From the human T2T-CHM13v2.0 reference genome, Homo sapiens, in assembly GCF_009914755.1 (NCBI RefSeq), contig NC_060926.1: a DNA stretch of 64,000 nt; one strand, written 5' to 3'. Below the pieces are notes generated by a model that was not told where the DNA came from, did not search any database, and saw nothing but the letters and a program-made list of their open reading frames with translations. This document shows positions 55,334-64,000 of the stretch, piece by piece. The position numbers were made by a program, and so were the translations under genes. The first letter of the stretch is position 1. Each line of letters opens with the position of its first letter.

Positions 55334-55676
55334 CAGTCATGCATCACATAACAGGAGGGTACATTCCAAGAAATACATTGTTAGGTGATCTCCTCATTGT
55401 GTGAACATCACAGAAAGCACTTACACAAAACTAGATGATACAGCCTACTGCATACCTAGGCTATATGGGATAGCCTATTGCTTCTAGGCTATACATCCAT
55501 ACATCATATTACTGTCTGTAACACTGTGAGCAACTGTAACGCAATGGTTGGTATTTGTATATCTAAACCTATTTAAACATAGAAAAGGTACAGTAAAAAT
55601 ATGGCATTATAATCTTATGGGACCACCGTCGCACCAATGTGGTCTCTTGTTGATCAAAACATGTTGCATGTGACTG
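55334..55676 (-). mobile_element. Tigger3a (MER7A) TcMar MITE
   Basis: TA|CAGTCATG...GTGACTG|TA, TA TSD on both sides; antisense to copy at 12432. Confidence 0.92.
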
Positions 55677-57611
55677 TACTTTGAAGGATATATAATCACT
55701 AATGCTATTTACAGCTAAGAGTGACAGTGCTAGCCAGAAAAAGTTAATTTGCAATCAGTTTATTGTTTATATGCAAATTAGTCTTCTATTTTCACGTTAT
55801 GTGCCTTAACGTTTTGGTCCCTGAAGTAGATTTGAGTCTCCCTGAAATACTGCATCTACTCTTTGTTTAGGGAGGTGGTGAATGTGGTGTTAATGGAAAG
55901 ACATGCAGATGTGGAGGAAGAAAGGTCTGGGCAAACTTCCTCAAGCTATCTAACTTCTCTGCACCAGAGCTCATTTGGAAAGTGGAACAATAATAGCACC
56001 TGCATTTCTGCCTTTCTGATGGGCAGGACCACAGGGGACTGGAGGCAGTGCTGGGACAGTGCATGGTTCCGTCATTGATAGTCTCTGTTCTTCATAGGGA
56101 ACCCCAGAGTGAAGGACGGCCAATGTGTTTTGTTTGCATGAACACAAATTCTGAGTGAGTGGGGTTTGTTTCCCTGAGGAAACCTGACATCCTGTTTATA
56201 ATACTTGTTATTACAAAGGTGGTGGTTTGTCAGAGGTGTATACTCATCACCTTTACCAACACAGAAAAGATAGTTTGAACCAAAGTTCTTCCATAGTTCT
56301 CAGCTAAGACACTGTTTTTGGAGGGCAATTCCACAGCCACAGAGGCCAGGATGCTGGCTTCTGCCAGTTACTGAGAGCCTAACTCTTGGTGTTTAATTCC
56401 CAACTGAAAATACATCATTCCCAGCAGGTTTTCCCTTTCGCAGTCTGCATTCAGGTTCTGGAGTGCCAACTCTCCTTTATGGGGTCGAAGGCCTCCATGA
56501 TATTGCAAAAGACATGCTTTCTCAAGATAGGCTGGAGGTAAAAAACCTCCATATTTAATGATGCTATTCTAGTGAAGCAGGGCCTTAATGATGATAATAA
56601 TAATAATAATTAATGGCGCAGCTAGAGAACTGACAAATAATGGGGAACAGATGATCCCTTCCTGGCCCCAAAAAAAAAAAAAAGTCTGTACGCTTGCAGA
56701 AAATGAAACAGATCCTTTCCTGGCAATTTAAAACTCAGATGCCGCAGCCAGACTCAGTTAGTGGTTTCTGTTTTTCTCTGTGGAGAGCTAAAAGTATAAA
56801 ATTCCAACTACTTCTAACTCCTGCATTGCCACATGAAGCAAAATCAGGCATATGGCATTAGCTCTGGGTCTTAAGTTTAGCTGCAGTTCTCACTTCCTAA
56901 CTGGTCCCACCAGCAATTTTAAGTTCTTTTAAGTTGTATAGTTTCTCAATTGTGCTAATGAAGTGTAACTTTCTCACTCTGTTTTTGCTTCTACCATCTT
57001 TTAAAATGACTGAGAGTTTTACCAAATGGGAATGTTGGGCCGCTCATTATTTGGATCAAGTTGTTCCCTTAGTGCTCTGTATCCTTTGAGGAAGGTCAGG
57101 TCATGCTCTGGTGACAAGCAGTCTATATCTGTTACCCTGCTAAGTGAATCTGAAAAGCCTCCTAACCAATAATGAAATCCAAGTAAATCAGCTCAGGAAG
57201 ACTCTGCAAGGTCCTGCTCAGGCATCTATAGGAACAGAAAAAGCTACTAAGGCCCATTAAGTTGACTTAGAAATGGTTTTCCCACTGCTTTGTGTCTACC
57301 TGTGGCACCACAAAGGAAGAGAGGGAGGAAACAAAGAGTTGTTTTGGTTTCCGTTAAGGGGAGAAGCAGAACATCAGGCCTGTACCTCACTTTGAAGGAT
57401 CATCACGGCGTGGTTGAAATGGTGATGCTCCAAGGTAGCAGAGGTTCCATAGAGTTGGGCCAGGGCAGAGCCACTCCTGAAAGAGGACAGAGGGTGAGTG
57501 AGCAGGGCCTATCGATGGTTCCCCCACACCAGCTTTTTGGATCAAACTGCTTTTCTTGCTTTTGGCAAAGGACCATGAGCAGACACATCCTTAGGTAACT
57601 GCTTTTGTAGT

Positions 57612-57925
57612 CCATTCATCTATGAAATAAATCGTTCAGGAACTTTCTATATATAAGAAAGTTCCTAATACATAGAACTTTCTATGTATTAGGCTAGATG
57701 CTGCAAATGATATTTGATGAATTTGACACAGTCTCTGCCCCTAAGAAATTTACAGACTAGTAAGAAAGATGAGATGAGATAACAAGGAAAAATAATGCAC
57801 ATAAAAACAATGCAAATACTAATCACTGTAGAAATGTGTTCCAGGTCCAATCGAAGTGCTATGGACGTTCTGAGGAAAAAAAGACATAATTTCTGGCTCC
57901 GGGGATCAGGGAAGCTTCATGAACT
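57612..57925 (-). mobile_element. L2 3' end fragment
   Basis: acacagtctctgcccctaagaaatttacagactagt...ggatcagggaagcttc. Confidence 0.65.
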
Positions 57926-58094
57926 AAACCTTCTGTGACTTCTGAGTGTTCAGAACAACTGTCTTATACAAAACGTATTTGACCTTCCATAGGAGAAGAC
58001 CTTGTGAATATTCTGCAGAGTGCATTTTATCTACTCTACATGAAAGGCTGACAGCCTTCTACTACAGCTTTCCAGTCCATAGTCACACTGTGAT

Positions 58095-58325
58095 ATCTCA
58101 GTGTGGAACTCTGAAAAGTTCTCTGGATTTGGAGGGAAATCTCAGCTCTTCCTCCAAGTAGTAGCTTTGGACGGTTACTTGGCCTTTTTAAGACTCAGTT
58201 TCTTTGTCTCTAAGATTATATTATCTACCTAACCTGTTATTTATGAGAACAATAAAATATTTGAAAATGCCTATTACAGTTCCCAGCATGTAGTAGATTG
58301 TAGTCTGTATTAATTATTAATCAAT
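58095..58325 (+). mobile_element. MIR
   Basis: ctttggacggttacttggcc...ctcagtttc...cccagcatgtagtag. Confidence 0.55.
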
Positions 58326-58449
58326 AATTGAAACACATATGACTATTTCCATTTTAAATTAGTTAAATACTCATTGATACTTAAAGGGATTACTTTGAGT
58401 TATCTGTAAATTTCATTTATGTAGAACAACCCATTCCTTAACAATGTCA

Positions 58450-58635
<186 letters not shown>

Positions 58636-59464
58636 TTAGAGCATCTTAAGAATCAAGAGACATCCCAGAGAAGCCCACAGTGTAAAAGGCAGCCATGGGA
58701 CTCAGGATAAGGATCCATCTAGATCATTTTGTTCTTTCTTGCTTATTGCAGGGGGCTTCGACATTGAAAGGGCAATTTGGCCTTAACTTGGAAATGCTGG
58801 AGATTGATTGCATACAATCTGTCCTGCTAGTGAGAGAAGCAAGGACTGCATCTAAGTGCAACATGAAGACTTTTGGTCCCAAGCTTTCCTCCAACTTCAG
58901 TGGGAGGCAGCCCAAAACCACCGTCGGTTCAAGAATACAAGTGACCTGCAATTCTTGGAAAGACTCCCCCAATTCTTCTCCCAACATGTGGTCAGCTCTT
59001 CCAGCAGGAATAGGTTCGGTAGGAATTATTGAATATAATATAATATAATGTAAAATATCGGAATTATTTTTCTTAGGTGCTTAGTAAGGAGGGTATTAGA
59101 TTTTAATCATATATGTGTTATTTCTTTAAATCTTGCCTTAATTTATATTATTTAATAAGTGAAGATTTGCTAGGCGAATCTTAGTGATAAATTAATACTT
59201 AATGTTAGTTACTATTTGTCTTACATAGAGTTCATTTCTATGAAGACACGTGTTTCAAAACGTATACTATATGCCTTTGTCTTGGCTGTTGAAATTCTGT
59301 GATGCTTTATATGCATATCACATCCTAGAGCCTGGCATAGAGTAAGTGCTTTAAAAAATATTGGTTGCTTGTCTAATAAGCTTACAGTAGTTACTATGTC
59401 GAGAGATTACAGTTCAAGTTGGGAGGTTGATAATAAGTGTGTTAGCATATTTTATAATACTAAT

Positions 59465-59690
59465 ATTATTATTAATAAAGCTACCATTAGTATCTACCAT
59501 GCGGTAGTCTATATATTAACAACTTAATACATTATAGCATTTAGTCCTGACAATGACCATGATATAAGTATTATTTTCTCATTTACACATGAGGAAAACA
59601 GGGCTCAGAGAAGTTAAGTAACTTTTCCAAGGTCACACAGCTAGCTTGTACCAGTTCCAGATTTGAATCCAAGTTTTTAAGCTTCTTGTT
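59465..59690 (-). mobile_element. MIR
   Basis: catgaggaaaacagggctcagagaagttaagtaacttttccaaggtcacacagctag. Confidence 0.85.
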
Positions 59691-60359
59691 ACATAATGAA
59701 AATGATAATTATAACATACATTTCTGACATTTGATTCTCCATTTTTACTAAGCTGATTGTTATCAATGAAAGAAGATTTCAAAATCTAATTCAGAATTCT
59801 ATTAGTATCATTGCTAACCACAGGCTGATTCCTGTGATCATTCCTATGAATCAGCCATGCTCACATGCACCTCACTTACTAGTGTGAATCTTTTGTATCT
59901 AGTCAAGATACAAAATGTTATCTCTTCCCTTATTCATGTTGGGTTAACAGACTCCACAAAAGCTGCATCAGCTAGATGATCAGAAGTCACTCTGTATCTT
60001 CTTTGTTTTGGTGAATAAGGAGTGTTTTCTCCTTTAAGGGAGTGGGGATGGGGACGATAACAACAGCTTTTAACAAATACACCATGGCTTCTGATGCACT
60101 GCTCCTTCCTGTGCATAGGATGGAGGCCTCTCTCCCATATCCATATGTCTCCGATCTGGTGTGTTCTATCTCCCAGTATTTGTGCAAAGGCAGCCACTGT
60201 CTATGGTTTGACCATCTTCCTCGTCAGATTCCCTCTTTGTTCTCTTTTGTAATTCCATCTTACTTTCTGCCCAGCCTCACACAATACTGATTCAATCACA
60301 GAAAATAGGTAGATTTTGCCACTGAACCAGACTAATGCCATGAAAGTGTGGGGAGACTT

Positions 60360-60490
60360 TGTTATTCATTCATTCATCTATCATTCATTCAACCAATAAG
60401 CATTGATAACTATTATGTCAGGCCCCAGGCATGTGGAATACAAAGAGAAATAAGACATGTTCTGACCTTCAGGAAGCTCACAATCCCCTA
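60360..60490 (-). mobile_element. L2 3' terminus
   Basis: ttcattcattcatc...cattcaaccaataagcattga...gaccttcaggaagctcacaatc. Confidence 0.7.
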
Positions 60491-60877
60491 TAATTGTGTC
60501 AGGAATTTTTCTCTGATCAACCTTGCACTAAAAATGCTCACTTTTCTGCAAACAAGGTGCCATCTTAGCCCTCAGAGAATGGAGCATGGTACTAACTCAA
60601 CTTTGAGGGGTTTTTTTAAAGTAAAACCATCTAAGCAAGAATACTTCCATTTCCAAATGGATCCCTTATTTACACTATTAGATTTGGCCCCTGGCAGATT
60701 TTCTAGACTGCCAAAGCCCTCAGTGCCTTTTGTCTCAGGCCAAGGCCCATTAGGAATGCTGCCTGTATCTGCTGTTACACACTGGGAACTTCCTGGGACC
60801 ACCAAGAGCCAAGTCTACAGTCTTGATATAAGTGGCAAAAAAAATAAATAAATAAAACATATCTGTGAAGATAAGCT

Positions 60878-61402
<525 letters not shown>

Positions 61403-63354
61403 TGATTGTAAAACCATTTTTAAAGAGGTCATGTCTCTCACATAATACACTTCCACTTATAAAGGTATGCTTCTACTTTCTCACATAAAATATGAAAAAA
61501 AAAACCCCTGAGATCAATCACATATGGAAAAAATTGACTTTAACAGCACACCTCATTTTAATTGTTTGTGCTAAGTATATCCATCATATAAGTGTCTTTG
61601 GGGCACACATCCTTTAGTTGTGAAAATATGATTATATATACATAGGGTGTATGGAGAGAGGAAGAGAAGAGAATCCAAATTCCATAAGTACAAATACCTT
61701 TATACATGTAAGTATTCATGATGTGCATTATTGATGGTAGGTCATCTTAACATACTAAAGCTTTTCATTTTGGATAGGCAGCTCAATGAGGAGAAACTTA
61801 TTAAAAAGAAAAGTCAAGGTGGAAATTTCCCTATAGGCATTTGGCACTTTGCACAGGCACCAAAAATGTGTGCAAATGTAAATGTACCTTCATAACTTCC
61901 CTAGATATGCATATTCTTTGAAAAAGAGACTGAATGGCAGTGTGCAGCTGTGACTTAAAGGAAACTTTAAAAAGGAAAACTATGAAAGGTAATTAGGAAA
62001 TTGAGAGTTGTTGGGAGATGGTGAGGAATGGGATTAGGCTGTCATGGCAGATTAATGTGCCCCAGTATTTCACTTCTGGGACCTGGCCGAAAGCGACAAG
62101 ATGGGTTTTCATTCCCAAGAAATGAGTATAAGAGATTATGCTAGAAATGAATAGAAGAAGTCTCCTAGGAGAATATACTACAAAGCTGCTTGGTACTGAT
62201 ATTTAATCATCAGGGGCAGCTGTAATAGAGAGAAGGATGAGTGGGGAACGCTGTCCCTAGAGAAAACAGGGGAGAGGTGTGAACAGAGCAATTTCAAAGC
62301 ACTGTGGTATTGCTGCCCTCTCTACCTATTGATCATTCATTGTACGCACTCCAATACTTAAAAATTAAGAACAAAGTATGAAAATGCGAAGGATCACTTG
62401 TCAGAAAGGCTAAGAGAATAAATCAAATTGTGCTCTAACGAAAGCCACACTTTTTATTGTAGAGGCATTTTGCATTTTATATAGTAATTTGTCCCTTGCT
62501 AAATGTCTCCTGTTTTTTTATAGCCTTATATATGAAAAAAAGGTAGCATATACTTTGCTGCATAATAATTGGTGCATTTAAATCCCATTTTCAAATCACT
62601 TCAAAGACTAGAATTCGACTGGGAGCACTTTAAGAGAAGGGATGTTTGCTATATCTCTTTATTTCTCCCACAATTCCTAGCACAGCATCTTGAATATAGA
62701 AAATACTCACTTACTGGGAAATAAAAAACAAGAAAAGAAGATAGGTTTCTTGCAAGGGATTTTCTCAACAATGGCACACTCACTGAATAAATCTCATTCT
62801 AATCAATAAAAAGGTAGTTCCTTGACCATGATGCTAAAAAGCCTCTTTCAGCATTCATCGTCAAGGGAAATCTTAACGGAGGTTGGGTAATGGTGGCATT
62901 AAGTGTCCTAAGTGCAAAAATGACTCCATAAGGTAGGTGCAGTGCCCCTGACATCCCATGAGCTGATAAACTGCGTACAAAGTTAATTGTCTTGAGAAAA
63001 ACGCATCACACTACCTTGGAATAGGCAGATTTGATCATGTGATGTGAGGATGCAAAAAAACTCTCTGAAATCTAGTACTAGTGACTCAATACCTACCTCA
63101 TATGTGTGAATGTTGTTCAGTCTTATACAAGCAACCTGAGATTTGGGGACCTCGGTTTTTGTTTTTTTTTTGTAAAATTGAGGAAGTGTAAAACATAGCT
63201 AGTAAGGTTTAGTTTGGTTTTATAATTTTTATGGCTTCATGTCTTTGAACTGTTGGATGTCAAAATATATTTTAGTTCAAGAGCTCACATATCTGGAAAG
63301 GCAGCCAATAAACTGGAAGCTCAACAACTCAAAATAGATGTCACAAAGTCATGG

Positions 63355-63570
63355 ACCAGAGTGTGATACAGTGGTTAAAGAATGGCTTCTGAAAACAGAC
63401 AGCCCTGGTCCAGGCTCCAGTCTACCACATGAATGGATTTGGGCAAGTTTACTTACCTTCCTGAGGCTCAGTTCCTCCTGTAAAATGGAGACAAGAATAT
63501 CAACTCTAAAGAGTTGATGTTGGTAAGGGCTTAAGACACAGTAAACAATAAATAAACTGTAGTTCTTCTC
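63355..63570 (+). mobile_element. MIR
   Basis: cagtggttaaag...ttgggcaagtttacttacc...ctcagttcctcctgtaaaatgg. Confidence 0.75.
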
Positions 63571-63572
63571 AT

Positions 63573-64000
63573 TGTCTCAGGAAGTGTTAGTTGCAAAGAA
63601 CAGAAGTGGAGTACAACCAGCTTCACTAAAAGGAAGGCTGATTGAATGATACCAGGAACTCTGAAGTAGCCCAATTTTCACAAGCATGGCTGGGTCTCCT
63701 AGAAATAGGAACAAGGATGGAGAGAGCCAGGGATCAAGCCTGTCTTTTTTCTGTCTTTCTCTCAGGTTACACAGTCTCTCCGTTCTGCTTCTCTTTGAAT
63801 ATCAGCTCCATCCTTCTCTCCTCTTTGTAGACTGGTTTTCTTGTTTTTTTCATCCGCTTGGTATGTGGTCATCATAGCTTTTCCCAAATGGCAGCCTCAG
63901 CTCCCAAATCTGCATGAGCCTGCAGCTTGGATCCCTGCAGCTAACTGTCTTAATATCACGGTAATCCAACTCCAAATTCCTGTGAGATAAAATCCGATCG
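63573..64000 (-). mobile_element. Old MLT1 (K/L-like) LTR, runs off window
   Basis: tcagga...agttgcaaagaacagaa...ccagcttcactaaaagg...ctccaaattcct...gat antisense MLT1K/L motifs. Confidence 0.55.

Noticed and set aside
57656-57682. Superficial resemblance to a yeast FRT site (GAAGTTCCTA...GAACTTC)
   Set aside because: Arms and spacer do not match the 34-bp FRT; explained by local inverted duplication in genomic L2 sequence
60348-60851. 167-aa ORF
   Set aside because: Starts in an antisense L2 terminus; no recognisable protein

Overview
This is a 64 kb window of primate (human-like) non-coding genomic DNA, intergenic or deep intronic. It is AT-rich, CpG-depleted and dense in eutherian and primate transposable-element fossils: about 14 Alus (J and S subfamilies, many with target-site duplications), L1M, L2 and MIR fragments, MaLR/ERV LTRs (THE1, MLT1, MER4D, MER61, LTR33 and others) and DNA-transposon MITEs (Tigger3a x2, MER20, MER53, MER97, MER96-like). 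I found no recognisable protein-coding gene, structural RNA gene or CRISPR-like system. The listed ORFs are short and mostly repeat-derived or chance. I cannot support a novel biological system here. The points most worth checking are: several template-switch or inverted-duplication scars (best at 57638-57693); a perfect 46-bp tandem duplication; TE-free segments with clustered PBX-HOX/MEIS/SOX/OCT motifs that may be developmental enhancers; a set of well-formed plus-strand splice-site pairs that could belong to a spliced lncRNA; a miR-1302-like MER53 arm; and a closely spaced inverted Alu trio. Repeat family names come from recalled consensus similarity, not a database search, and boundaries of old repeats are approximate.
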